From NCBI GenBank assembly GCA_963832745.1, contig CAWHVC010000001.1, positions 512,001-576,000 on the forward strand: 64,000 nucleotides of DNA, given 5' to 3'. Shown here in pieces: positions 21,064-30,729 of this stretch. Origin of the DNA: Candidatus Bathyarchaeota archaeon. GTDB taxonomy: Archaea > Thermoproteota > Bathyarchaeia > Bathyarchaeales > Bathycorpusculaceae. A program made the translations under genes and the position numbers. Position 1 is the stretch's first letter. Every line of letters begins with the position of its first letter. The notes beneath the pieces are model-generated. The model searched no databases and was not told the DNA's origin. It worked only from the letters and a program-made list of their open reading frames with translations.

Positions 21064-21522
21064 CTATTTTGTTTGGTTTTCAAGATAAACCCGTTGCCCA
21101 TACAGCATATATCCAATCCCCACAAAGATTAGAATGAATTCGCCGATCGTAACGGCAAACGGGGGAGGAACCGTAAAGAAAACCGTTAACTGGTCAAACT
21201 GTGCAGTAACAAAAAGCAGTACCGCATCAATCACCGCCAAAACACCTGCAACTTTAGGTTTTTTATACAGCAAAACCAATCCAGCAATTGGAAGCACCAA
21301 ACCTACAGTTATAAAAAATACTGCAATCCCCCAACTCCTAAGTTCACTTATACGTGTTTCAAAGCCTAACGGAGTTAACAAGAAACCCAAAACTATTCCG
21401 ACCACAAACAAAGCAGCCAAAAAAGTTTTTGTATCGCTGAAAATCGTTTTTGAACTAGATAATGATAACACATTCGTTACCTCAATGGCATAGAAACAGG
21501 TTCTACTAAGACTAATTTGCAA
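21064..21522 (-). CDS. Hypothetical membrane protein
   Basis: Four TM-like segments; start uncertain. Confidence 0.65.
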   Translation of the reverse strand: MQISLSRTCFYAIEVTNVLSLSSSKTIFSDTKTFLAALFVVGIVLGFLLTPLGFETRISELRSWGIAVFFITVGLVLPIAGLVLLYKKPKVAGVLAVIDAVLLFVTAQFDQLTVFFTVPPPFAVTIGEFILIFVGIGYMLYGQRVYLENQTK

Positions 21523-21595
21523 AATGCATTATAAGCATGACCTTGCCATAGAATGAGACAAAAATAAGTTCTATGGAAACTTTTTGACGCTGAAT

Positions 21596-21708
21596 GGTTG
21601 CGTAATCATTAACTATTAGGTGGGCAACTGTTTCCGTTATGAAGCAGGTTATACTTATTACGGGCATGCCATGTGTCGGCAAAACTACCCTTGCCAAACA
21701 TCTTGCAA
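21596..21708 (+). repeat. Duplicate of the adenylate kinase upstream region and 5' end (partner at 25943-26055)
   Basis: 52 bp identical (21604-21655 = 25951-26002), then mostly synonymous differences; encodes MKQVILITGMPCVGKTTLAKHLA. Confidence 0.95.
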
Positions 21709-22013
21709 GCCGTAATCGCCTGCGGAACCTTTTCTGGACGAAGTTTTGACAAATTCAAAAAAGCAGGACTAAACCCCGTGCCCGGCAAAAAAGTCCAAGC
21801 CCCCGCTATCCAAAAATGCTAGCCCACATTGAATGCACCGTAGAAGACAAATTCACAACAGGCTACCACACCGTCTTTGTCGGCAAAGTTGTAGAAGCCT
21901 ACGCAGACATGGGCATCTTCACAGAAAGCTACGACATAAAACGCGCACACAGGGTATACCACGGCGGCGGAAACAACTTTTACACACTAGACCCCAAACA
22001 ATACAAACCCTAA
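21709..22013 (+). pseudogene. Flavin reductase family, 5'-truncated and frameshifted
   Basis: ACGTFSGRSFDKFKKAGLNPVPGKKVQAPAIQKC, frameshift near 21820, then AHIECTVEDKFTTGYHTVFVGKVVEA. Confidence 0.8.
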
Positions 22014-22084
22014 ACTTTTTTCCTGTAGCGTGCTTTAACCCTCCGAGGGTAGGAAATTCACCTATTAAGTGGCGGGTGCTTTTT

Positions 22085-22912
22085 TCAAATCTTGTTGTTA
22101 CTAAAGTAATCAATCAACTGATACATTTTCTTGCAGTATATTCTAAAGGACAAAAGATATGCAAACGCCAAATCTCTCTCAAGTTTTCGACCTGATGGAT
22201 GACCTGCTTCATTTCTGGCGAGCCTTATTATATTGAAAATGCCATCGAATTGGAATTCTAATTCGTTGGTTAACTCTGGGGGGAGATTCTTTAAACTCAT
22301 TAATTTTGTTTTTGTTTGGTTAAATTTGTTTTTTGTCCTTATTGAATCCTGTAATTTTAGGAAATGATTTTTTTCGGACAAATTAGTCATGGCTTCAGTA
22401 AACTTTTCCAAGAATATCTCAAATACCTTTTCGGATGCTCCCCCCAACATCACAGCGCACGAAAGCATGAGCCCTTTTTGAAATGCATGAAGAGCCTCAA
22501 ACGCATAATCTTCAATTAATTGGTCTAAATTTGGGATTTCAGCCTTGAGTCTTCGTAAATAACCTGTAGGGTCGTAAGGAAGCAAATCGCCAGATTCTAA
22601 GACTTGTTTGCCATATGCAGTAATTGTAACTGATTTAAAATCGCCATTAAACTCATCTTTTCCAATAAGCAACATTCCTTGAAGAATAAATTCCCAGATA
22701 ATTTGGCGCACTTTTTCTCTATCTTTTGTAGGCATGTATTTCTTGTTTCCAGTGCCACAAGTATATTGGAATGGTTTGGAGTCGCTATAGAATCCCTTTG
22801 AACGTGCAATCATGTCAGTTTCATCTATTACCTCTTCTAACCACCAAGTTTGTTTCTTCGACAGCAATTTTAATGCCTCAAGTGCAAGAGGTCTTAGCTC
22901 TTCATATTCCAC
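22085..22912 (-). CDS. Hypothetical protein with C-terminal HEPN-like RNxxxH motif (candidate defence nuclease)
   Basis: EALHAF..SCAVMLGGASE..IRLARNEAGHP; lies in AT-rich island. Confidence 0.7.
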   Translation of the reverse strand: MEYEELRPLALEALKLLSKKQTWWLEEVIDETDMIARSKGFYSDSKPFQYTCGTGNKKYMPTKDREKVRQIIWEFILQGMLLIGKDEFNGDFKSVTITAYGKQVLESGDLLPYDPTGYLRRLKAEIPNLDQLIEDYAFEALHAFQKGLMLSCAVMLGGASEKVFEIFLEKFTEAMTNLSEKNHFLKLQDSIRTKNKFNQTKTKLMSLKNLPPELTNELEFQFDGIFNIIRLARNEAGHPSGRKLERDLAFAYLLSFRIYCKKMYQLIDYFSNNKI

Positions 22913-23056
22913 TAATTTTCCTCACACAGTTATTTACCAAAATTTTGCTTTTAGTTTTTGCCCTTCTTACTTTTAGGTCTATTATAGGAATGTTAGGGGA
23001 TTATTATTGGGAAGGTCATCAAATGGTTTGGAAAAATTGCAAATTTTGATTTTTGC

Positions 23057-23767
23057 CTACAATAAATTACCTGTTATGACTAATGTCAATGCCACTAACC
23101 CCGTAACCGCAAAGCAAACTGTAGCATAATCAAACATTGCTAATCCTTTAGTAATGTTAATTGATTTTAACGCTATTTTAGTAAACTGAAAAAGAATCAC
23201 TGATGAAACCGTAAAGAAAATGTCATAAAAACCCTTGACAGCAACAGGGGAACTTTGAAAAACGCTGTTAGCAAACTGAAAAAGCGATGTCACCATTATA
23301 CTTGCAATAATAGCCACCATTATGCCCCAAAAAAATATTCTTCCGTCTTTATTTTCTTCGAGACAATCCATTGTTTTTGGCATATTGCTATTTCCTAACG
23401 AGTTAAATTCTGTTTTTGCATTGCTTGTTTTTGATTTAGAATTTACTTTATGTTTTTTTCTTAACTCCATAATTGATTCGAGTTTCTCGCCTAACTCAAC
23501 CCTCTTTACCAAATCATCAATGAATTTAATATGCTTGTCATGCGTTTTGCTCATATCATACGCCATATAAAATGCAAGACCGTAAATCAACGCATTAGCG
23601 ACGATTAGGACAGTTAAATCAATCGTACCTTCAAAATATACAGTAGCGAATAAAATAACGAAGCCAACAACACCACCTGTGGCTATCGAAGCTTTAAAAT
23701 TAAACCATCCTTGGTAACTGCTTTCGAGGGTTTGAATTTTTTGAAGGTCAATTTCTTGTTGAGTCAT
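23057..23767 (-). CDS. Hypothetical membrane protein
   Basis: 236-aa ORF with two hydrophobic blocks. Confidence 0.6.
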   Translation of the reverse strand: MTQQEIDLQKIQTLESSYQGWFNFKASIATGGVVGFVILFATVYFEGTIDLTVLIVANALIYGLAFYMAYDMSKTHDKHIKFIDDLVKRVELGEKLESIMELRKKHKVNSKSKTSNAKTEFNSLGNSNMPKTMDCLEENKDGRIFFWGIMVAIIASIMVTSLFQFANSVFQSSPVAVKGFYDIFFTVSSVILFQFTKIALKSINITKGLAMFDYATVCFAVTGLVALTLVITGNLL

Positions 23768-23917
23768 TCACAAAATGTTATGCCTGTGTGCTTTTAGTCT
23801 TTGCGCTAACTAACTACAACAGTGTTTCAAATTTTTAGTCATAATTTTAACAATAAAATGGTAAATTATTGTTATAATTACATTTATATACGAGAATGAC
23901 AATTAAAATAATCAGCA

Positions 23918-24343
23918 ATGCCAGCCATTAAAGAACCAATTAACCCGTTTTTTAGCTCAAATACAGGGGGCAGAGAACTTTACTGTGGATGGGAAATTAC
24001 CACCTATACAGGAAAATTGAATCCCGATTTAATTTTGAAAAAGTTAAAAAATAATTTGGCTGAATGGGTCCTCCATACTGAATACGAAAATAATTATTTT
24101 CAGAACGACTTTGGCGACAAAGTTCATTTAATTTTTCCAGAAAAAACATGCAATGAAACAACGTATAAAATAATTCTCAAATCATATGTTTTCGGTCCTA
24201 AAAATGAGGTAAAACACAAATCATTATTCAATGAGGTTTATTCCCACATACCTTGGAAAAAAGAGGGCTATTGGCTAAAAGATAACAATCTACATATCCC
24301 AATAGCAATACGAAAAAGACTTAGAAGGAAAAGTAAAAAATGA
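23918..24343 (+). CDS. Hypothetical protein
   Basis: 141-aa ORF with TTTATATA box about 30 bp upstream. Confidence 0.6.
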   Translation: MPAIKEPINPFFSSNTGGRELYCGWEITTYTGKLNPDLILKKLKNNLAEWVLHTEYENNYFQNDFGDKVHLIFPEKTCNETTYKIILKSYVFGPKNEVKHKSLFNEVYSHIPWKKEGYWLKDNNLHIPIAIRKRLRRKSKK

Positions 24344-24680
24344 TTTAGGGTTTACGAAAAGTTTAACCTCAAACACGTAAGAGTTTTGTGCTTGTAAACT
24401 CTTTAGGGAAAAAACACTACCCCCACTCACCTTTTAGCCTAAACCATACAAAAGTCGTAATCTTTTGGTCTCTTCTTGATTTAATGTGGATTTCAACTTT
24501 TGCTTTTTTGTCTTTTAAACTTTGAAATCTGTTCTTGTTTGTCTTTTCACTGATATTCTGTGTCATAGTATGATACAAATGGGGATTTGGTCGGTTATTT
24601 CGAATGTTTATTTTAGTACATTTTTTTGTCAAGCTTTTTTTGGTTGTTTTTTGTTTTGGCTGTGGGGGTGCCGTTGGCGG

Positions 24681-25175
24681 TTATTCTTTTCCTAAAAATG
24701 AATTAAACATCATCTGGTTAATGGTGCATTTTTTGCCTGTTATCCAGACTTCATCTGCCATGTTGACTGCTTCATCGGCTTTCTCGCTGGCTGTCTCAGG
24801 GAAAACCGCAACCACGTAACTGTCTCGGGGCAAACACGTCTGCAACACCGCAAGCCGCTTCCTAAGCCAACCCAACTTAACCTCTGAGGCACACTCAACC
24901 CCAAACACCGTGCCCTCTGCATGTTTGGCAAGAACTTTAACAAAAACTGTTTTATTGCCAAAAACTATGGGAACATCAAACTTTATGTCTCTAACGCCTC
25001 GGTCATTCCAAAACTTCAAGACTGCCGCAACCTTTAGCTGCTCGATTATGGCTGAATTTTTGTGTGAATATATTTTGTATTTTTCTCTGAGTTCTTCGGG
25101 TAATTTGTTGGTTAGGTTTTTTATTTCGTTGTGGAGTGCTAAATTTTTGTCTTTTTTCTCCATTTGTGCAGTCAC
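24681..25175 (-). CDS. Hypothetical protein, possible degenerate PD-(D/E)XK fold
   Basis: ..FVKVLAK..VFGVECAS.. alpha/beta pattern; fold call is tentative. Confidence 0.6.
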   Translation of the reverse strand: MTAQMEKKDKNLALHNEIKNLTNKLPEELREKYKIYSHKNSAIIEQLKVAAVLKFWNDRGVRDIKFDVPIVFGNKTVFVKVLAKHAEGTVFGVECASEVKLGWLRKRLAVLQTCLPRDSYVVAVFPETASEKADEAVNMADEVWITGKKCTINQMMFNSFLGKE

Positions 25176-25367
25176 CTATTACAGGCATTCACAGACAATG
25201 CCGTGTGTTTCTTATTCTGCGCTCTTTTTATTTAAGGCTTACACACAAATCTTTTACAATTAAATACATTGTTTGGCATTGTTTTGATGCACTTAGATAT
25301 ATATGAATATACAAGCTAATGATAAAAAACAACGCACCTAGCGCTTTAAACAGGAAAGAAGCGTAAA

Positions 25368-25547
25368 TTGAAGAAAATAGTTAAGCTAAGAAAACAAGGC
25401 AACTGCTTGGTCATCACTATTCCACGAGACCTGCTTGAAGACTTAAAATGGACAGAAAATGACCAAATCTTAATCGAAAGCCAACCTCAAAATGCCGATT
25501 CGATGTTTAAGGGTCCAAAGTTCATTAAAGCAGGCAAGATAGATTAA
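25368..25547 (+). CDS. AbrB/MazE/SpoVT family DNA-binding protein (59 aa)
   Basis: MKKIVKLRKQGNCLVITIPRDLLEDLKWTENDQILIE; not in ORF track. Confidence 0.85.
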   Translation: MKKIVKLRKQGNCLVITIPRDLLEDLKWTENDQILIESQPQNADSMFKGPKFIKAGKID

Positions 25548-25631
25548 CGCTTATTGCGATTCCTTGCTGCCCATTTAGTCGATTGTTTAGTTTCTTTATT
25601 TTAGGGCTTTTTTAAGCGCAAAATTGTTTTT

Positions 25632-25920
25632 AGGGTTGGTTTGTGTTGTTTGGTTTTTTGGGCGGGATGTTTCCTGTTTTAGGGGTCATGCTAGTGCCCC
25701 CATGTATTGTGCTGTTCACTGCTTTTCGCTGCCATCGCTGCTTTATTTTTCATATCAACCTATTAGGATCCAAATAGCAGATGTATGCAGAAACCTATAG
25801 AGGGTCTACCTTTCTTGATAGGGGTAGACTCTACCTGCACTTTTCCAAGCCCAAAACTGCAAAACACTAAGGGGGGTAGGTGCTAATGACTGAAAAATAC
25901 GCCATTAACATGTTGAAAAA
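25632..25920 (-). repeat. Dispersed intergenic repeat, long copy B
   Basis: Reverse complement aligns in colinear blocks with 53981-54236. Confidence 0.8.
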
Positions 25921-25985
25921 CGGTACTTTGAAAAACTAAACAGGTTACGGAATCATTAACTATTAGGTGGGCAACTGTTTCCGTT

Positions 25986-26564
25986 ATGAAGCAGGTTATA
26001 CTCATCACAGGCACGCCGTGTGTCGGCAAAACCACCCTTGCCAAACAACTCGCCAACAGCTTAAGCGCGCTTTACGTTAACTTGACCGATTACGCCAAAC
26101 AAAACAATTTGACCTTAGGCGAAGACACCCAGCGCAACACAACCATTGTGGATGAAGAAAAAATGCGGCAAGCCCTCACCACAACCATAAACATGTCAGA
26201 AACATCCGTAGTAATCGATGGACATTTCGCCGCTTCCGTTGTACCCAAAAGCTTGTCCACACACGTTTTCGTACTCCGCCGAAACCCAATAGAACTGAAA
26301 AAATTCATGCAAAAAACTGGTTTCTCAGAAGCCAAAATGTATGAGAACCTTTCGGCAGAAATTTTGGATATATGCCTTGTGGAAGCAATGGAAAATCAAG
26401 AAGGCAAAGTCTGCGAATTAGACGTTACCGCAAAAACTGTTGAGCAAACCGTTGATGAGGTTCTTGCGGTCATTCGAGGAGAAAAAGTGTGTTCTTGCAG
26501 CGTTGTTGATTGGCTGGGAATGCTCGAAAATGAAGGCTTAACCGACCAATACCTCAAAGAATAA
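25986..26564 (+). CDS. Adenylate kinase, AK6/Fap7-type
   Basis: ITGTPCVGKTT P-loop, VIDGHF, VLRRNP, ENLSAEILD. Confidence 0.92.
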   Translation: MKQVILITGTPCVGKTTLAKQLANSLSALYVNLTDYAKQNNLTLGEDTQRNTTIVDEEKMRQALTTTINMSETSVVIDGHFAASVVPKSLSTHVFVLRRNPIELKKFMQKTGFSEAKMYENLSAEILDICLVEAMENQEGKVCELDVTAKTVEQTVDEVLAVIRGEKVCSCSVVDWLGMLENEGLTDQYLKE

Positions 26565-26574
26565 AACAGTTTTT

Positions 26575-26937
26575 TTATCTGAAACTTTCTATTTTCTGTT
26601 TTGTCAGCAACATGATTTTTCTGCGGTTTGAATACGATTTTGCGTGATCGCTAAATTTTTCGCCAACCATAATCGGACTTGACAAGCCAACATCTTCCGA
26701 GGCAGTATCCAATGTTATTATGACGTTAACGCCGATTGTACGATTCCAATCCCGTATCCAGACCCCCTGCTCGTTGCGGCCTTTCTGCACAATTAAGTCA
26801 AAATGACGTGGCATGCCGCTGTTGCCCTCCATAGTAGCGTTTTCGCAGTTAACTTTGAAACCTTCTTTTTTGAAGTAGGCTAACGCCATTTCCACTAACC
26901 GTGACCGAACTTTCGGTTGTTCCTCCCCAAGACTCAC
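26575..26937 (-). CDS. Mrr-like restriction endonuclease-fold protein (catalytic motif degenerate)
   Basis: YFKKEGFKV..GNSG..HFDL..FSDHAKSYSNRRKIMLL. Confidence 0.7.
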   Translation of the reverse strand: MSLGEEQPKVRSRLVEMALAYFKKEGFKVNCENATMEGNSGMPRHFDLIVQKGRNEQGVWIRDWNRTIGVNVIITLDTASEDVGLSSPIMVGEKFSDHAKSYSNRRKIMLLTKQKIESFR

Positions 26938-27011
26938 GCTGTTTATGCTCCCTTTATTCCCTAACTGTTATCTGCTTGTGTGTGGAAAAGGCTTTCGGAA
27001 GATTAACTAAA

Positions 27012-27233
27012 ATGGCGACAACATCAATCATGAAATGCCCCAGTTGCAGCGGCTTAGTCCTCGCGGGGATTCGGCAAAAAACCAAAATCTGCCCCTACTG
27101 CGGCAAAACCATTAATCTCCAAAAAGCGATGCTCGTTGCCCAAGCAGCAAACTCTATGGAAGCCTCAGAAATGCTCAAACAGCTTAAAGCCAAACAAGCC
27201 CAAAACCCAAGCCCCAAAACTAAACGTGCCTAA
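27012..27233 (+). CDS. Zn-ribbon protein (DUF1922-like)
   Basis: KCPSC..KTKICPYCGK. Confidence 0.75.
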   Translation: MATTSIMKCPSCSGLVLAGIRQKTKICPYCGKTINLQKAMLVAQAANSMEASEMLKQLKAKQAQNPSPKTKRA

Positions 27234-28171
27234 CGTACTTGACGTAGCATTTCACAGGCTTTGCACAATTCCTGCGCTGAAGGTTCTCCGCATTCACAAC
27301 AAGTTTTAAAGTTCTCCTTCACGGTAGTTTGCTCAAGAGCAGGACGTAGCCGTTCCATGGCTCGAGAAACAGTAAATTTTGTTCCCGCATGCTTTTCCTC
27401 CATTCGGTTAAGCATTGCACGAACATCATTTCGCAAGGCTTCGGAAGCGTAAGGGCACGGAGTGTCTTGGAAAGGAATCTTTTTAACGTAAGCATACAAT
27501 GCGCTTTCGTTTTCAGGGATTTCACAGAAAGGCTTGATTTTGCGGACCAGCTTTGGGTGTGCTTCACTTGTTACCGGTTTTTCTTTTGCTAAACGTGAAA
27601 TGTCACCCCGAAGAATATTCATAAGAACTGTTTGGGCTTCATCATCAAGCGTATGAGCTGTAGCAATTTTTGTGGCGCCTACTTCCCTTGCGGCAACATT
27701 CATGGCTCTACGCCGCAGAACACCACAATAAGCACAAGCAGTCAACTCTGTTTGCCCATTTACTCTGGCTTTGGTAAGTAACTCGTCAAGGGTTAACCCG
27801 AAAAGCTCTTTAAAAGATACAATATGATACGGAATCTCTAAACTTTTACAGTTTTCCACCGCAATATTCAACGCCTCATCACGGTAACCTTTGATGCCTT
27901 CATCCACTGTTACTGCGACAAGCGATGTTTTCGGTCTAAACCGCTTCAGTTTAGCTAAAATGTGCAGTAAGCTTAAACTGTCTTTTCCGCCTGAAACCGC
28001 AACTGCTAAACGGTCATCATACTCGAGCATGTGATGTTTAGTTATGGTTGCTCTGACTTTTGCTTCAATGGATTCTCCGAAGCATTTTCGGCAGAGTTTT
28101 TCGCCAGAGTATTTTCTGCTGAAGAATGGCTCTTTGCGTTTGCATGCAGTACAAACTGTTGATGTCGTCAC
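27230..28171 (-). CDS. tRNA 2-thiolation protein NcsA/TtuA (TIGR00269 family)
   Basis: AVSGGKDS PP-loop, CAYCGVLRR, TAHTLDDEAQT, CPY, terminal Zn fingers. Confidence 0.93.
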   Translation of the reverse strand: MTTSTVCTACKRKEPFFSRKYSGEKLCRKCFGESIEAKVRATITKHHMLEYDDRLAVAVSGGKDSLSLLHILAKLKRFRPKTSLVAVTVDEGIKGYRDEALNIAVENCKSLEIPYHIVSFKELFGLTLDELLTKARVNGQTELTACAYCGVLRRRAMNVAAREVGATKIATAHTLDDEAQTVLMNILRGDISRLAKEKPVTSEAHPKLVRKIKPFCEIPENESALYAYVKKIPFQDTPCPYASEALRNDVRAMLNRMEEKHAGTKFTVSRAMERLRPALEQTTVKENFKTCCECGEPSAQELCKACEMLRQVR

Positions 28172-28306
28172 TTGAACTCATTCATTTTGATTCTGACATT
28201 AGTTAAAAGGGTTTTTGGCAATTTTTTGCAGCTTTCTCTGTATCTTTACCCCTGTTTTGCGTAATGCTTAAAAAAATAGTGCACCCTTTATCTTTTAGGA
28301 CCATTT

Positions 28307-29056
28307 ATGTCTGAATTGGTTCACCCCTCCCTGTTAGTAAAATATTTGACCGATAAACTACATTTACACAATGCCCGCTCGAGAGTTGCCGCATCAATCC
28401 TTAGCAAAAGAGCCAGCAAATGCAAAACGCTGCAGGATTACATTTCATTAAGTAACAAAATTTTCAGCTGTTTTCCATTAAAATATGTCGGTTGGTCTCT
28501 TCAACCAGCACAAGTTACTCAAGAACTCGAGGCATTACTTTTAGAGTTTAAAAAAATGGGCGTAAGCAGAATGCTTGAGATAGGCACCTACAACGGAGGC
28601 ACGCTTTTTCTTTTCGCTAAAATGGCAAATCCAAACGCCAAACTTTTAAGTTTAGATTTGCCTGGCGGCGAATTTGGCGGTGGCTATGAACAGTTTAAGG
28701 TATCCTTTTTTACAAATTTTGCGCACGATGCCCAAAAAATTTTTTTAATTCGTGACGATTCTCATTTGCAGCGTAGCTTGTTTAAGGTTAAGTCAATTTT
28801 GAATGAGGACCTGTTGGATTTCATGCTTATTGATGGTGACCATACTTATGAGGGCGTGAAGAAGGATTTTGAAATGTACAGTCCGCTTGTTCGTAAGGGC
28901 GGCATTATTGCGTTTCATGATATTTGCGAGCATCCAACGTATCTTTGTTGTGGCGTTGATAAGTTCTGGAATGAAGTTAAACAGTGTTACAAATATCAGG
29001 AATTTATTAATAATCCGCATCAAAATTGGGCAGGCATAGGCCTCATCTACACCTAA
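28307..29056 (+). CDS. Class I SAM-dependent methyltransferase (Methyltransf_24-like)
   Basis: LEIGTYNGGT, IDGDHTYEGVKKDF, GGIIAFHD. Confidence 0.9.
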   Translation: MSELVHPSLLVKYLTDKLHLHNARSRVAASILSKRASKCKTLQDYISLSNKIFSCFPLKYVGWSLQPAQVTQELEALLLEFKKMGVSRMLEIGTYNGGTLFLFAKMANPNAKLLSLDLPGGEFGGGYEQFKVSFFTNFAHDAQKIFLIRDDSHLQRSLFKVKSILNEDLLDFMLIDGDHTYEGVKKDFEMYSPLVRKGGIIAFHDICEHPTYLCCGVDKFWNEVKQCYKYQEFINNPHQNWAGIGLIYT

Positions 29057-29120
29057 TAAAACATTGCTTGTTTCTTTGAGGCGTATTTAATAGCCGTATT
29101 TTGCTGTTAACTATTAAACG

Positions 29121-29840
29121 GTGTATTGTGTGGCTGTAAAACCAACGAAAAACTCCACTATCAAAAGCGTAAACTATACTGCGGAACATTGGCAAATGTT
29201 ATTACAGTTCAGAGAAAAAGCCAAACAGATACTTAACGCATTACAAAATAATCATTTACATGCAGTAACTCACGGAAGCATTGCACGAGGAGACACCAAC
29301 AAAAAAAGTGACGTTGACGTTTTCATCCCTGAAATCCAAAACAGTTTCCTTGTTGAAACAGCGCTAGAAAAAAGCGGCATACGAATTAACAACCGATTTA
29401 TTGTGCAAGCAACCCCAACTTATGCGATGAAAGCCTACATTGAAATTGATGAGCAAACAAGCGTTTCTTTTCCGCTTATGCAAATGCGAAAAGTTGAACA
29501 GGAATTTTACCGGTTTGGTGGAGAAGTTAATCTTGTTCAGCTTGAACAAAACCTGCGTGTACCTGGCGTAAATAAACGTTTAATGCTTATTGAGCCAACA
29601 GAAAATGGTCATGTAGAAAGCAGCATAATTGGAAAAGAAGAGTACGTGGCAAAAATGTTAGGGATTACAACGCAAACGGTTCTTGACCGTGTTCATGCCC
29701 TTCTAAGGCGGGATGAAGTTGGCAGAACAGGCGTTTTTGTTAAGAAAGAATTATGTCCAGATGAAACGTTTGAGTTGGCGCTTAAACGGCTAGCAGATTT
29801 GAACCCTGCCGTGCGCCGAAGACTTAAAAAAGAGTTTTAG
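29121..29840 (+). CDS. Archaeal predicted nucleotidyltransferase
   Basis: HGSIARGD...SDVDVF, EFYRFGG, RVPGVNKRL, RRDEVGRTGVF. Confidence 0.88.
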   Translation: MYCVAVKPTKNSTIKSVNYTAEHWQMLLQFREKAKQILNALQNNHLHAVTHGSIARGDTNKKSDVDVFIPEIQNSFLVETALEKSGIRINNRFIVQATPTYAMKAYIEIDEQTSVSFPLMQMRKVEQEFYRFGGEVNLVQLEQNLRVPGVNKRLMLIEPTENGHVESSIIGKEEYVAKMLGITTQTVLDRVHALLRRDEVGRTGVFVKKELCPDETFELALKRLADLNPAVRRRLKKEF

Positions 29841-30406
29841 GATGGGGCTGGATAGTAGATTAATTCTTTTTCTTCCAGTAACGCTTGGATTTTATCTACT
29901 GCCTCATACACTTGTTCTTCTTTCTTTGCACCTACACAGACAAGTTTGCCTGCGCTGAAGATTAAGAAGACCACTTTTGGCTCATCCATTCTGAAAACTG
30001 CACCTGGGAACTGTTCAGGTTCATACATGACGCGGCTTAACTTGTAAACTAAGCTTTCAAGGTCAATTTCGCCGCCTAGTTCTGCAGAGGCAACAATGTT
30101 TTGAATGTTAACGATTGGTTTCTCTGTGATTTGGATGCCTTCGCCGCGTAGTTCTTTAACAACTTTTTCTACTGCGCTGCGTGATTCTTTTTCTGATTTG
30201 GCACCAGTGCAAACCATTTTTCCTGTACCGAAGATTAAAGTGGCGGTTTTAGGCTTTTTTAGTCTGAAAACTAAGCCTGGGAACACGCTTGGGTTGTACT
30301 CAGTTTGGGGGAACTTTTCAACTATCTTTTGTAAGTCTATTTTTTGGTTAAGTGAAACTGATGCTACAATGTTCTGGATGTTAATGATTGGTTTTCGTTT
30401 ACTCAT
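29837..30406 (-). CDS. tbp: TATA-box-binding protein
   Basis: Two repeats of IQNIVAS..Y(N/E)P..FPG..LIF..GK.VC.GAK. Confidence 0.99.
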   Translation of the reverse strand: MSKRKPIINIQNIVASVSLNQKIDLQKIVEKFPQTEYNPSVFPGLVFRLKKPKTATLIFGTGKMVCTGAKSEKESRSAVEKVVKELRGEGIQITEKPIVNIQNIVASAELGGEIDLESLVYKLSRVMYEPEQFPGAVFRMDEPKVVFLIFSAGKLVCVGAKKEEQVYEAVDKIQALLEEKELIYYPAPS

Positions 30407-30618
30407 GTCAACTCACGTGTCTTAGTCTATTTAAATAGTACACACGGGGTATATAAAGCATCTATTTATAAAGGGTTTTGAGCTAAGATTTTTGTTTAAA
30501 AAAAGCATTTTCTTTGTTGCTTCAGGGGTAAAAACATGTTTTTATTCAAGTTTATACATGTAAACGTTTTAATTTAGACACCTAACAGGCGCGCCTTAAA
30601 GTGTCAAATATTAGTGGA

Positions 30619-30627
30619 TTTTTTGAG
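30619..30627 (+). repeat. Target-site duplication, left (TTTTTTGAG)
   Basis: Identical 9-mer at 34187-34195 directly abutting the right TIR. Confidence 0.92.
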
Positions 30628-30650
30628 GATACTGTTAAGTTAAGTTACCT
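30628..30650 (+). repeat. Left terminal inverted repeat
   Basis: GATACTGTTAAGTTAAGTTACCT is the exact reverse complement of 34164-34186. Confidence 0.97.
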
Positions 30651-30729
30651 AATCAAAAAATTCTTCTACCTAAGAAACAATGGAGTATTTGGATGTTGTC
30701 AGTTTTTTATTGGAGGTATTTGCTAGCAA

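Noticed and set aside
26575-26937. Restriction-modification system
   Set aside because: The Mrr-like protein lacks a (D/E/Q)xK catalytic motif, and the nearby methyltransferase (28307) lacks DNA MTase motifs.
30574-30608. TAGACAC/GTGTCAA short inverted repeat as a possible transposon end
   Set aside because: Imperfect and outside the perfect TIR/TSD boundary at 30628.
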